DNA of 64,000 nucleotides from Octopus sinensis (GCF_006345805.1 NC_042999.1:54622001-54686000), one strand, 5' to 3'; positions 26,121 to 40,325 are shown, counted from the stretch's first letter. Notes: generated by a model from the sequence alone, not told the origin. Translations and numbers: made by a program.

Positions 26121-27427
26121 GTCAGAGGAGGATCGTTCTCATATTTTTCCAGTGAAATGAATCAAAGTAGAAATGCTCATGTCACAATCCCAATCGAGTA
26201 ATACTAGGTATTACATGTGAATTCTACCAAGCACTTCGATGCCGATAATGCAAGATAATGCAACTGGTGCCAGAAGCCTCTTGGGGACAGCACTGATTAT
26301 TATTGGAATATCAAGTTTCCTTTTTCATTAAGTAGAAATGATAATCATTGAAATAAATGTTCAAGCTGCTAAATGAATTATTGTAAGGAAAACTTACATT
26401 TAAATAAGTTAAACATAAATTTAATAACTTGAATAAGTTAAATAAGTTAAATTTAAGGAAGTTAAACTGGTAACATGAGTGTGTCTAGTGTGTTACATAA
26501 ATAAGTAGGTTAGAGGGGACACACAGACATTGTAATGTCGGTTAAGTAGACAAACTTCATTAAGTATTCGACTGAATTTGAAACCTATGAAAGGGGTATG
26601 GTTGGAAAATATTCCGACATGTTTTAAATTCACTCTCACGTGAGACAAAAGGGATCGTTGGGAAATGTTTATGGTTTTAGCTAATTACAGGTAAATGAAC
26701 TTCAATGGGACAACTTTTGTAGGCTGTTTTTTTATTGCTATTCCTGTTTGTTCCCCTCCACAATCCCCTATCCAGTAATGTAACAATATCATTTGAACAA
26801 ATTTTAAAACAGGTTTCACGACAATTTCAAGTCAACAGACCCAGTGGGGTTTTAGTATTGTTGTTGTTGTTGTTATTATTGCTATTTGGGTTTTTGTTGT
26901 TGCTACTGCTACTGCTGCTGCTGCAACGACTGTTACTGGCGTCGTCATCGTCGTCGTCTTGTACTGCCAACGTTCGCGTTTCACAAAACTCGACTTAGAA
27001 GATTACTTGAGGGAATTTGAACTTTTTTCTTATTATTATTACAAACAAAAGGCTTCAGAATCTATGAATCCCAACCTCAAAACCATAGGGAGGGAGAGAA
27101 GGTTCGTCCTTTGCTATTTTTATTAAATCTACAGATTCATATTTTTACAAACGTCCATATTGTTTTGTTTAGCTGTCCTTCAATAAAACTAGCTGGCTCT
27201 TGAGGGTACGGGAAGAGTCGCAAACCAAAAATGTGGCAGCAGAGAACACGCCCCGGATTTTAAATTTTGAAAACAGTCACCATTTAAGTGAAAATTCAAA
27301 AACTTTAAATGACAATAACATCTTTACCACAACTACTAATAGCAACACTAATTCATCATTTCAAGTCGTTGCGAGACATAAATAGTCCCTCAATATGTAC
27401 CAGTCGATAGAAAAACAAGCGGTATAG

Positions 27428-27480
<53 letters not shown>

Positions 27481-27483
27481 GAA

Positions 27484-28060
27484 GGCGGCGAGCTGGCAGA
27501 AACGTTAGCACTCCGGGTGAAATGCCTAGCGGTATTTCGTCTGCCGCTACGTTCTGAGTTCAAATTCCGCCGAGGTACTTTGCCTTTCATCCTTTCGGAG
27601 TCGATTAAATAAGTACCAGTTACGCACTGGACTCGATATAATCGACTTAATCCGTTTGTCTGTCCCTGTTTGTCCTCTCTGTGTTTAGCCCCTTGTGGGT
27701 AGTAAAGAAATGGGTATTTCGTCTGCCGTTACGTTCTGAGTTTAAATTCCGCCGAGGTCGACATTGCCTTTCATCCTTTCAGGGTCGATTAAATAAGTAC
27801 CAGTTACGCACTAGGGTCGATATAATCTACTTAATCCGTTTGTCTGCCCTTGTTTGTCCTCTCTGCGTTTAGCCCCTTGTGGGTAGTAAAGAAATAGGTA
27901 TTTCGTCTGCCGTTACGTTCTGAGTTTAAATTCCGCCGAGGTCGACTTTGCCTTTCATTCTTTCGGGGTCGATAAATTAAGTACCAGTTGCGTACTGGGG
28001 TCGATATAATCGACTGCCCCCCTCCCCAAAAATTCGGGCCTTGTGCCTAGAGTAGAAAAG
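27484..28060 (+). mobile_element. SINE family B head plus three tandem bodies (~182-bp period)
   Basis: Bodies restart at ggtatttcgtctgccg at ~27531, ~27713 and ~27897; the last body carries the variant tail. Confidence 0.9.
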
Positions 28061-28084
28061 AAAAGAATATTAAGGGTCGCATAA

Positions 28085-28298
28085 GGCGGCGAGCTGGCAG
28101 AAACGTTAGCACGCCGGGCGAAATGCTTAGCGGGTATTTCGCCTGTCTTTACGTTCTTAGTTCAAATTCCACCGTGGTCGACTTTGCCTTTCATCCTTAC
28201 GGGAACGATAAAATAAGTACCAGTTGCGTACTGGAGTAGATGTAATCGGCTCATCTCCCGCCCACAAAATTGCAGGCCTTGTGCCTTTAACAGAGATA
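28085..28298 (+). mobile_element. SINE family B
   Basis: Full head and core, variant tail. Confidence 0.85.
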
Positions 28299-29199
28299 AT
28301 TATTATTGTTGTTGTTGTTGTGTTAATGTTCCAGAAACTATTTGACAAAGATTAATTTGGAAAGCTTAGTATTTCATTACTCAACATTGTAGATCCAGGT
28401 TCAGACACCGGACAGGAAGGTGAGTGTTTGTGAAAAAATAGAAATATATTCTTTATCGTTTTATCTCCTGCTCTGTTCTATATTTCTTTTTTTTTTTTTT
28501 TGCTCCGATTTTTTCTTCTTTATTTATATTCTAACCAAGCTAGGTGTTACCTTCGCACACCAGAAACTACTTCCTTCCAGCTGTGATCTCACGCTATTAA
28601 AATACATATATAGCCGTCATCTTTTATATTTCTGGAGACAACCTGTTATTATCTGGCTGTCTTCTATCTTTTCTTTCATATATTTCTCGTCTCCGCTCTG
28701 TTCTTGTTTTCAATGATATATTTTTTTCTCCACATAATTTTCTTTTTCTAGTATCTTGCCCTGCCAACAAATTTATTGAAAAACAGACGGATCAACAATA
28801 TTTTCGTTTTCATTCACAATTCTAAGAAGTTACCTCCCACAACTATTATTGCAAATGTGTCATCATTTTTTTTATCCAGTATTTACAGACTGATAGAATA
28901 AATGGAGCGCAGGCCAATTCATCGGTCATAAGTTCGAATTTCCTTCAAAGTCAACTATTTGGGACAGAATACTTTATTTAGCTTCAGTTCAGGAAGTGGT
29001 CGGAAATAGAGATGAATTACTTATCTTAGAAAATTACACACAGTAAGCTGGAATCCTATCCAGGGGTATTTATGCTACACCATGAAACTAGACGAACCAA
29101 CCAGGAAGGTCTGCTAGTAATAACTGGCAAATCCCAACCAAACAATTTTACAAAAGATAAACGTTGGTTCCATATAGTAGAAGAAAATACAGAGTGCTC

Positions 29200-29640
29200 C
29201 ATTTCTCGTCCGGTTGCAATCATCAGCTGAGCGCCGTGCTTCGACAAGATTTCGGCCCATTAAGCTCAGTATCCCTCCACACGGTGGGTCCGCAACAGCT
29301 GGACGTATTGCGTTGCAACCGGACTCATGCCAGTTCTGTGGTCTTATACGCTTTCACAAACCTCCTGGTAATCCAAGCACTACCCTCAACTGCTTTCTCA
29401 CCACATTCCTTGATGGTCTTCCTCACAGCAGATACAGCAGCCACCTTCAGAAACCTTCTGAGAGGGGCTGCTAGGAAACCCCTGCAGCCGGCCTCGAACG
29501 GAACCAGCTCACAGATGTAACCCTTCGCCCGAATCTGTTACCAGCTCTTCATAGCCCAACAGCTACTGCCCATGGGCCTCAACAATGCTCTCCTCCCAGG
29601 TCACAGTAAGCTCCCCAAGGACCACAATTGGTATCACTCA
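29200..29640 (-). pseudogene. 3' end of an RLE-type non-LTR retrotransposon, HERO-like
   Basis: Minus strand VVLGELTVTWEESIVEAH...ELVPFEAGCRGFLAAPLRRFLK...SAWITRR matches the ELTVPWE...EVGCRGF signature; internal stop. Confidence 0.75.
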
Positions 29641-30030
29641 GTTTCGCACCATTAGTGATAAGACCCCATGCCGGTGGTGCCCGCGAAATTTGTAGAGAAT
29701 ACTGGAGCGAGCGAAAACAAACAATACATGGAATCCAGGCGATACAGAAGTGGACATACGGAAGTGAATAAAATGTAATTCAAGACGATGAGCGAAGGAC
29801 AAAGACGAAATGAATAAGAAACGAACAGTATGTGTGTGCGTGTGTGTCAAAGAAAAATTTAGTTGTCACTAAATGTGATTAAGGATGCCAAAGCACCTAC
29901 ATTGCTAGAAATACGAGTTAAAAATTCTTAACGCTGGAAGAAGAGCACAGTACATATATATATATGTATGGATGGATGGATGTATATATGTATGTATATA
30001 TATGCATATATATGTGTGTGCGTGTGTTTC

Positions 30031-30261
30031 TTTTACATTCTACTTGTTTTCAGTCATTTGACTGCGCCCATGCTGGAGCACTGCCTTTACTCGAACCAAT
30101 CGACCCTAGGACTTATTCTTTGTACGCCTAGTACTTATTGTATCGGAATATTTTGTTAAGTTACGAGGACATAGACACACCAACATTGGTTGTCAATAAT
30201 GGTGGTGAGGGAGAAACAGACACACAAATGCACACACACACACACATACACACACACACAC

Positions 30262-30303
<42 letters not shown>

Positions 30304-30464
30304 GACGCGCTTCTTTCAGTTTCCGTCTACCAAATCCACTCACAAGACTTTGGTCGGCCTGACAGCTGTAGTAGTAGACAGTTGCCCAAGGTGCCACGTA
30401 GTGGAACTGAACCCGGAACCATGTAATTGGAAAGTAAGCCTCTTACCACACAGTCACTCCTGCG

Positions 30465-30467
<3 letters not shown>
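30031..30467 (-). mobile_element. SINE family A
   Basis: Head taggcgcaggagtgactgtgtggtaag on the minus strand, CORE-like caccttgggcaa. Confidence 0.9.
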
Positions 30468-30550
<83 letters not shown>

Positions 30551-30720
30551 AAGGGAAAGTTTACGAAAAATAAACAAAAGACGAAGGCAGGTGGTGTACA
30601 AAACAAACAGATGTATTAGTATAGCGCTCGGGAATAGAAAAAGTCTTTTACGTTTCGACCCTACGCTCTTCTACAGAAAGGGACACAGAAAAAACAAGGA
30701 GAGAAAAAGAATGTATGTAG
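30551..30720 (-). mobile_element. Short hammerhead-bearing repeat (second copy 51839-52020), 3' end at (TA)n; probable Penelope-like pLTR fragment
   Basis: The two copies align over ~170 bp; motif cttt CTGTAGAA gagc gtag ggtc GAA ACGT A aaag at 30645-30680. Confidence 0.75.
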
Positions 30721-30731
30721 TAGCTAATAAA

Positions 30732-30792
<61 letters not shown>

Positions 30793-31389
30793 TTACTAAC
30801 AATTTATGGACTAGTTTAGCAATTTTCAGCGGAGGGATATTTAGTCGATACCAACAAACATTGTATTTGAGTGGCACTTTTTATTTTATTGAGCCCTGAG
30901 TGACAATAAGCAAAATTAAACTGAGCTGCATTTGAACTCAGAATGGAGAGCCAGAAATATATCGCAAATTGTTCTATCCGACTCTCATTGTATTTGGCAG
31001 TGCGCGCGCGCGTGTGTATGTGTTAGTTGTAACAGTTTTATTTTATTAAAAGCTGTTGGCATTGGTTATATTTCAACCCTGAATCTAAACCTCTCTAACC
31101 GGTCGACACAATGCTACTTGAAATCCAGCAAAACTTCATGACATCCAAAGCCGTCTGTATTTCGCAAACTGACAATGTGGGCTGTAATCTCTCATTCTTC
31201 TCACCGCTATCTCCAGTGCTTCGTTGCATTAAACCTAGCGAACCCTCGACCCATTCAAGACATCACTACTCCACACATAACCAATATACGTCTACAATCG
31301 CCAGTACGCATGTCCAGTGCAGTCGAAGACCATTACATTCAAGGTCATCCGTACTTAACATACTCAACATAGATTGCAATCTCCGATCG

Positions 31390-31458
<69 letters not shown>

Positions 31459-31664
31459 CCGGAGCAATTATATTCACATATCTTTGAATATTCATATCCG
31501 GAACAGAAACATCTAATCTAACAATCAATACAATCTTTAATTTCCTTACAATTATCTTCTTATGGAGTCCCGTCTACTTTCTCTAAAAGATATATATCTG
31601 TTTGGATTCTTTTAGATATGTTTGAGCTAGCAAAATCTTTAGCATACTGGACAAAATGCTTACC

Positions 31665-31832
31665 AGTGTTTCTTCCGACTTTTTACGTTCTCAGTTCAAA
31701 TTACGCCGAGGTTGACTTTTGCCTTTCATCCTTTCGGAGTCGATGTACCAATCGAGCACTGGGGTCGATGTAATAGACTGTCCTCTTCCCCCAAATTCAG
31801 GCTTTCTGCCTTCAGCAGAAAGGATTATTGTT
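31665..31832 (+). mobile_element. SINE family B, diverged and truncated
   Basis: ttacgttctcagttcaaattacgccgagg...tttcatcctttcggagtcgat. Confidence 0.75.
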
Positions 31833-31839
31833 GTTGTTG

Positions 31840-31883
<44 letters not shown>

Positions 31884-31903
31884 GATTGATTGATTGATTG
31901 ATT

Positions 31904-32430
31904 GAGAGCAGTGCATGACATCAAAGTGACACTTAGGTACAAATATACAAAGTCCAATATACCCATCATGACTATTCCATCTGATAATATCAGGCTCAGT
32001 ACGCAAGACAGTGATCTCATATCAAAATAAACAGCGCATGACCTTGTAGGTGAGGTCCAGTTAGAATTTTCTTCAAGTCGAGTAGCCCATCACGCTCAAA
32101 AACTCCCTGAATAAGAGTTGTTTAAGGATGATAAACAAAACACCCATATACCAGAGGTGAATTATTCAAACCTCAAGGACTTTCTCTCAACACATGGCTA
32201 TGATGCTCCCCCAATACTTCTGCTCATGATCAGAGATGCAATTATCGTCAGCCACTAAGGGACATTCTCAAATGGTTATGGTCAAACAACTGACAAGCAA
32301 ATCTGTGGTACTGAACAGAATATTTGCTGTAACCCATCTTTTCTAACAAGACAAAATATGTACAAGATAACACTTCTAATTAATTAAGATGAGAAGCCAT
32401 GAGAGCTACTGCCTGGCACTGCATCAGAGG
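31904..32430 (-). mobile_element. Second copy of the ~550-bp element in (TTA)n
   Basis: Inverted homolog of 23647-24198, with TTA-type repeats on both sides. Confidence 0.85.
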
Positions 32431-32934
32431 ATTAATAATAATAATTATTATTATTATTTAGAAACATAGAAACTGATTTTTACTCCCCTCTCGTTGCCTG
32501 CATGAATGTTGCTCGAACATTAAACGCTTGGGTATTTGTTACAGAAGTAAATATTCTAAACATCTGGACACTCCAAGAGTGAATGTCAGCCTCTTAATGA
32601 TGCTTAGTTCCATTCCTGTCTTCAGGTCGACCGACATGTTGAAATAATCGAGTCATCATAACAAAGGGAATCTTTAAGTCTTGGAGAAGTCTTATTTGTT
32701 GAAGAAGGATCAACATCAAGTTGATGATAGTGAAGCGTCAGCATCTGAAGCGAGCCGTACCAATTATCGGGATCGATAAACTGTAAATACAAAATATTGA
32801 CAAAGTGGAATAAAGTATTTTACTGTGAAAGTGGGAGAAATCTGTAACGTTTCGATCTGAAGCATTGCTAAGCAGATTGTATTTATTACCGTGGACCTTG
32901 AGCAAGTTCTTTAATGTAATCCCACAGCAAAGTA

Positions 32935-33154
32935 TTTACTCTTTTACTTGTTTCAGTCATTTGACTGTGCCCATGCTGAAGCAGCACCTTTAGTCGAGCA
33001 CATCGACCCCAGGACTTATTCTTTGTAAGTCTAGTACGTATTCTATCGGTCTCTTTTGCCGAACCGCTAAGTAACGGGGACGTAAACACACCAGCATCGG
33101 TTGTCAAGCGATTTGGGGGGACAAACACAAACACATAAATATACCACACACACA

Positions 33155-33238
<84 letters not shown>

Positions 33239-33410
33239 GACGGCTTCTTTCAGTTTCCGTCTACCAAATCCACTCACAAGGCTTTGGTCGACCTGAGGCT
33301 ATAGTAGAAGACACTTGCCCAAGGTGCCACTCAGTGGGAATGAACTCGGAACCATGAGGTTGGTAAGCAAGCTACTTACCACACAGCACCACACAGCCAT
33401 TCCTGCGCCT
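32935..33410 (-). mobile_element. SINE family A
   Basis: Full-length on the minus strand. Confidence 0.9.
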
Positions 33411-34225
33411 GCAGTCACTCTCGGCCCCTTTACAGCCACTGGACTTAATCAGCTGAGCCGCCAAGTAAAACTGCAGTCGCACACAAGACATACCAAAATA
33501 GAAAAACTTCCCGACACAAAACGTCAGCCATGTTAAATAATCTTTATCACGTGACTATAGGGTTGAATCATGTGTCACTGTTGTAACAAAAACGTATGTA
33601 ACACTACTAAAAGAATTATTTATTAATAATGTTGGAGAACAGTTTTGTAGGTTTTGTCTTCGAAAAGTAATTGTAGCAGGCTCTGTCGTAAGATCTTTCC
33701 TATCAGACGCACTAACGTTACACAATAGACGCATATAGTTTTGACTGACGGTTAATAAGTCGTTAATAGTTCTCCTCTCATTATGTTCCCTTCCTCTCCT
33801 ACTTAATTAATACTGCCAAATCACATGATCAACATTTCGCTGGTATTTGAAGAATATATTATCATAGTTAAGGTTTATGGCTTTTTTTTTTTTCCTCACA
33901 AGTCATGAGACTAACAAGACAGATCAAACCACGTTCAGAAAGAATTAAGGATGGAAGAGAAATTGAAACGAAAATGACTTGCAGGGCAACATGTTATACA
34001 ACAACCAGTTTTACATCTTATACAACTGGTCTGGAACAAGTTTCGAGGTGACAACAACACTTCTGCCGAGCAGTTGGTCAGATAGACACACATACACACG
34101 CACACACACACACATATATATATATACGTGTGTATGTGTGTGCATGTGTGTGTGCGTATGTACACACATACGCGCACACACATATACCCACGCACACGTG
34201 TAACTTGTAGGGCAACATGTTATAC

Positions 34226-34276
<51 letters not shown>

Positions 34277-34922
34277 CTGAATATATACTAGCCATCTAAC
34301 ATATGTCTATAAATACATATTAACACACCAGCAGTGTTTATTCAAGTTGCTAATGATAATAAAACTGTACTTGAACAATAAAATGGGTGTAATGAAAATA
34401 AATTGTTGTCTGATCACGGAATCTAACAAGGCTAAGAATGCAGTGACTTAACCAGACATTTTCATGCTGTTGTCAGTGAAACGAGCTGATAATGTGAAGA
34501 CTCATAACTATAAAGTCGTGACTTCTCTACTGACCAAAGATTACAAAAACCACTCGTCTGTTGTCTCAACTGTTTGTAGTTCAGCTCTGGGTGAGCCATG
34601 GTCGAGAAGACGTAGCGTTCGGTCATTCGGTTCTCATTATGCTTTGTGGCACTTGAGGGCGACAGCAAAATCATTCCACCTTCTAACACTGAAAGCATCC
34701 TTGACAGCTTATTCCACTGTTAACCCTTCTGCTTTTAAGATCTTTTGTTATTGTTCTCCGCTATGTTTCCTTTGGTTGGCCATGTTTTCTTTTACCTTGT
34801 GGATCCCATTGTAACATTTCAGTTCGGTTTATAGCAACAAACTCGACCCAGCCATTTCCATCTCCTTGCTTCAATAGTTTCTCTTATTGGTTTCATGCTA
34901 GCCTTGGTGTGTAGTTGGCTAT

Positions 34923-35115
34923 TCTTTTCTACTACAGGCACAAGGACCGAAATTTTGGGGGAGAAGGCCTCAGTACGCAACTGGTACTTAATTTATCGTC
35001 CCCGAAGGGATGAAAGGCAAAGTCGACCTCGGCAGAATTTGAACTCAGAACCTAAAGACAGACGAACTACCGCTAAGCATTTCGCTCGGAGTGCCCACGT
35101 TTCTGCCAGTCCCCA
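34923..35115 (-). mobile_element. SINE family B
   Basis: gatgaaaggcaaagtcgacctcggcagaatttgaactcagaac...ttctgccag. Confidence 0.85.
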
Positions 35116-35923
35116 CCACTGTGTAGTTGGCTATTCGAGATCATATTTGGCCAGTAGACCTTCAAAATTTTTCGTAAACACTTATTTCGAAACCCCTCCA
35201 ATTTCTTTTCAATACTTTTGGTTGTTCTGCAGCATTCAGATCCACAGAGGAGGAGATGCTAAGTATGTTGCTCTTATGAAATCGTATTTTGGTGTTCTTG
35301 CTGAGTATTGATGATTTCCATATTGAATTTAACAGATCGAATGATTGGTTGGCTTTGCTGATTCTTGTATTTATTTCATGAATGCAATCTAATCCTGATT
35401 TTTGAGGTTATCTAGGACTATATAAAGGCAACAAGCCGACAGAATCGTTATCACGTCGGACTTCCGGCTCGTTTCGCTGAGGCCAACTTTGCTTTTCATT
35501 CCTTCGGGGTCGACGAAATAATGTACCACTAAAGTACTAGAATCGATAAAATTGACTTTTGCTCTCCCTTCAAAAATTGCTGTCTTGGACCCCTGCAACA
35601 GACCAGGGGAAATGTGATCTCAGTCACATATACACCACGGAAAACCGTTCTTATTTACTGCAGTGATTGACTGGAGAATATAGAAGAGTTAGTGTAAGTG
35701 GCCTTCACAGGGGCTAAAAAAAGATTAGGGCCCGGCGTTACAATCTAACTTCACATTCACTAGTAATAACTTTACTACAGTGTGCTGTAGCAACTTGGTC
35801 ATAATTACAGAATGTCACATGCGATCCCTTCTCAGAGACAACCAGAAAAACTGAATTAACATTATGGCAGTGCTTCTCCCTCAGTCGCGTTGTGGTGGAC
35901 ATCCAGAAAAAAAATTTCTTTTT

Positions 35924-36396
35924 AGGTGCAGGCTTGGTTGTGTGGTAAGAAGCTTGCTTCCCAACTAAATGGTTCAGGGTTCAACCTCACTGAAAAGCGG
36001 CACCTCGAGCAAGTGTCGTCTACTATAGCCGCGGACCAGCCAAAGCCTTGTGAGTGGATTTGGTAGACGGAAGCTGAATGATGTCTGTCGTATATTTACG
36101 TGTGGGTGTGTGTGTGTGTGTGTGTTGTGTGTGTGGTGTGTGTGTGTGTGTTGTGTATCTGTGTGTGTGTGCGTGTGTGTGTTTGCGTCTGTGTTTGACT
36201 CCATGGACGCTAGACAACCAGTATTGGTGTGTTTGCGTCCTCGTAACTTAGCGGTTCGGTGAAGAGACCGATAAAATAAATACCAGGCTTTAAGGGAAAA
36301 GAAAGTCCTGGGGTCAATTCGTTTGACTAGCATCCTTCAAGGCGGTGCCCCAGGATGGCCACAGCTTAATGGCTTAAACAAATAGAAAAGAAAAGA
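35924..36396 (+). mobile_element. SINE family A
   Basis: Head taggtgcaggcttggttgtgtggtaag through 3' module. Confidence 0.85.
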
Positions 36397-37285
36397 TATT
36401 AAATGTGAAATGTTGGTTAAATAGTTTCTCAATTTGTAAATTAAAAAGTCAGACAAGGCGACATTTTATCATCTGTTTATTCAAGAAAGGAACGCAACGA
36501 CCAAGATCACAACACACACACATACACATGCATAGCTCCTTAGTGATTGTATCATATCACCGGCGAACCTAGGTTGGCCTTAGATCTCACACGTTATACC
36601 TTATACCTTATAATATGTATATATATATATATATATATCAATAAGATATCTTTCTTACCAAATTATTCTTAATTAATATCAAATATTTACTGATTCTCTT
36701 ATTTAATCTTCGTTGGTGACAGAAACCCTAAAATTCTACAATCAAACAGCACTCCCTCGACCGTCCCTTCGACATCATTTCTAAAACCAACACAAAAGGA
36801 TGTAAGTTAGCATTGAATAGGAACAAGTGACGACCTGGAATGGTGTTAAAGTAAATAGACTCTGATAAATTAATTTAACAATGTTGACAGATGTGTTTGG
36901 TTGTCCGGTATATTCAATGTCCAGTTATGTGAAGGAGCAGAAAGAGGGAGAGGAGGAGGAAGGAGAAGGGGATTCGTCTAATTACGTATTAATTACATCA
37001 TACTGCCACCGGTGTAAACCACTTGTACAACAGCAGACTGAATACTTCACAAGTTTCTTTAATGAGTTGTGGACTTTACTGTAATATCAAACAACCTCTT
37101 TCCAACATTACTGAGAGAGTGGGGTGCGGAGAGAGAGAGGGAGAGGGGGGAAGACCGGGGTAGAGGCATGAGAAGGGAAAGAGGGCGGAATTTTGTTTAT
37201 TTTGTGCTGCAAAAAAAGACTAAAAATGTGCAATACAACGACTTTTATGTTGGAAATCTAGAGAGACTCAAGTGCGTTAATTAAT

Positions 37286-37460
37286 GCTGGAAGCGTGTGA
37301 AGTTTAATATATTTTAATTTGTGTCGGAAGTGTGTTGAGATTTATTTATGTTTATTTAATGCTGGAAGTGTGTGGAGTTTGATAAATTTTAATGTATGTC
37401 GGAAGTGTGTAGAGGTTTGTATTTGTCAAATAATTAGTGCTGGAAGTGTGTGGAGTCCCG
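37286..37460. repeat. Five-unit minisatellite (37-41 bp period) with conserved GGAAGTGTGT core
   Basis: GGAAG at 37289, 37326, 37364, 37401 and 37442, alternately preceded by gct and gtc. Confidence 0.8.
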
Positions 37461-37639
37461 TGTGTAAATATCTATGCTGGATAATAAACAGCGATTACAT
37501 AAGTGGAACCACGGTTTCGTTTAGTTGTTCGGTCGACTTGCCGACACATGGCGAAAATCTTTGAGACTTTCCAACGAGCCGCTGTGTGATGGCCGACAGA
37601 CGACACCAAACAATCTAAACCTCTTCAAACGCTTAAAGG

Positions 37640-37790
37640 GACTCTGAGACCGATAGAATAAATACCAAGTTTTAAGGCGGGTGGGAAAGGAAGTACTGGG
37701 GTCAATTCATTCAACTAAAAAATTTTTCAAGGCGGTGCCCCAGCATGGCCGCATCTAATGACGGAAACAAATAAGAAATAAAGATAAAAG
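37640..37790 (+). mobile_element. SINE family A 3' module
   Basis: gagaccgatagaataaatacc...aaggcggtgccccagcatggccgc. Confidence 0.8.
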
Positions 37791-37832
37791 ATATGCATAC
37801 GTAGCAACCATAGAAATGCGCGTGCACGCACG

Positions 37833-37884
<52 letters not shown>

Positions 37885-38307
37885 TACATACATACATACA
37901 TACATACACACGCACACAAGCACGCACACATTGGCTCTTTTCGTTAATCACAGAGTCTCACATGTAGAGAAGCAACTGTAAATTATGGTGCAAGAGATTG
38001 TGACTTTGATTTCAAAGCAAAGAAATCGAGGCGGTACTTACGGTTCGGGTCGGTGACCTGGAACTATGTCCAAAGGCTAGAAATTTACGAGATGAATATT
38101 CTGTGACTTTTCTGACATTTTAAAGAGCAGTTTTGGTCTAAAAGTAGAGAATTAACATCAATTAGAATATGGCGCCCTAACATGGTTTATATTAAGAAAT
38201 AAAGAATCTAAATAAACAAACGTATTTCTTCATGTTCTCTTTTAGTTTTTGTTAGATTTCCGAAGTTTTTCAGGATTTTGTGTTCTTTTTTTTTATATAT
38301 ATATAAA

Positions 38308-38570
38308 GAAGCCTGTCGTATATATGTATATATATATGTATGTGTGTGTGTTTGTGTGTCTGTGTTTGTCCCCCTAGCATTGCTTGACAACCGATGCTGG
38401 TGGGTTTACGTCCCCGTCACTTAGCGGTTCGGCAAAAAGAGACCGATAGAATAAGTACTGGGCTTACAAAGAATAAGTCCCAGGGTCGATTTGCTCGACT
38501 AAAGGCGGTGCTCCAGCATGGCCGCAGTCAAATGACTGAAACAAGTAAAAGAGTAAAAGAGTAAAGAGTA
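38308..38570 (+). mobile_element. SINE family A, 5'-truncated
   Basis: aagaagcctgtcgtatat...tgactgaaacaagtaaaagagtaaaagag. Confidence 0.9.
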
Positions 38571-39479
38571 TATAAACGTTTTGACAGCTGATAGTGCTGG
38601 GTCAAAGATCATGACCAGAAGAATGAAAATAGCGGACTTGCACACGCAAAATTTAATTTAAATTCCAGTTCCGTTTCTGATATGGAAAGTCACACAAAAA
38701 GATAAATACACCCCTTTTTTTTTTTATTCTATGTAGAAACTAAATTGTCCCTTTAATTAAACAGTTTCTGTTTGTTTTTTTATTATTCTAACTTCTTTTG
38801 TATTTTAAATAAGGTCACAAAGATCAAATTGTTGTTCCTTAAATGACTAACACGATATGGCTACTAGCATTGTATTTTTATAAGGCTACATCGTATATGG
38901 TAAATAAGAGTGTAGTCTCTGGTAACAAGTTTCCGACTTGCGGGTCACTGGTTCGTAGCATTTATTGTAAGTGACACAATCGAGTATCTCTAGCTAGATG
39001 CAGAACAAATATCTGAAGGTAATACTTGTATAAACATTGTTTTTATCGTTTCCTTCTGATGTTTATATACATTCATATATGCATACGTACGTACGTGACG
39101 GACATGCCTATATACACATATGCCTACAAGCACATACATACATGCATACATACATATAGACATACACACTAACCTACATCAATGGATGCAATCGAAGTCC
39201 CAGATATTTCCGGAGACTTTTTTCTCTTAGGAGAGAAGTCTGAACAAAGACAAGGGAGTCTTTCACTCCCAGCTTTGGGATGGCCGTTAACTCCGCTGTA
39301 TTTATCCACCGTTTGACAAGGATTTAAAAAAAAAATTTTTTGACCTGCAGGGTATCTAACGGTCCGACCTTGAAATTGCTGAGTCACCAGAACGCTTCGC
39401 AAGGTTATGGGTTTCCATTGGTGGAATTTCGTATCCAATCTATCACCCTACTCAGAAACTGAGATGCCTCCTTTTACCT

Positions 39480-39755
39480 CAGCGCCAACTCAGACTGTTT
39501 GCCATTTTGTTAGATTTTCCGAGTTAGACCCTACTTAGCATATTCTCTTCACTGAGGATCCAGTTGGGTTGATGACCCATGCTGGTTAACCAAATGCCAC
39601 ATGGTCATGGCAGATGAAGAGGTGTCTCGTGGAGATGAGGGGGGTGTCTGACTGGGACTCTGCTCAATGGGTCGCCCAGGTGGACCCAGCAATATACCGA
39701 CAATTGGTGAATGCTACAGCGTGCTGCAACGGCGCATATATCCACATATATAAGT
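39480..39755 (+). pseudogene. RTE-like LINE 3' end remnant
   Basis: SWQMKRCLVEMRGVSDWDSAQWVAQVDPAIYRQLVNATACCNGAYIH resembles RTE C-termini (W..A..DP..YR..V.AATRC). Confidence 0.5.
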
Positions 39756-40113
39756 ATACTGGCCGGCAGTTAATGTTTGAAATATGGTACACCCCACCTT
39801 CAATGAAGCAAATGTCATCAGATGACGCCTACTCAGTCAACTCTTTCGCTAACATTGGTTTCTTAAGTTCAAATCTCTGAGGAGAGGCGAATGTCTTCTC
39901 CAATACACCATATCAAGTAACAACCCAACGGTTTACAGTAGGTTGGTACGTTTAACCATTCTGTAGTGGCTTTCCAGACTATTTTTGTGGATCTAAAAAC
40001 TAGTCTATGGTTCCTCTTTGGTTTAAAATATTTCTTTTGACAAAAGTTTAAAATGATGGCACCGAATTTCTTTTGTTGTTGTGTTGTTGTTGTTGTTGTT
40101 GTTGTTGTTAACT

Positions 40114-40325
40114 GGGCGGTGAGCTGGCAGAATCGTTAGCAAGCCGGGCAGAATGCTTAGCGGTATTTCGTCCGTCTCCCTGCTCTGAGTTCAAATTCCG
40201 CCGAGGTCGACTTTACCTTTCATCTTTACGGAGTCGATAAATTAAGTACTAGACAAACACTGGGGTTGATACAACCGACTGTCTCTCTTACCCAAATTTC
40301 AGGCTTTGGGCCTTTAGTTGAAAAG

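Noticed and set aside
37286-37460. CRISPR-like repeat-spacer look
   Set aside because: Core only ~10 nt, spacers mutually related, eukaryotic context and no cas genes
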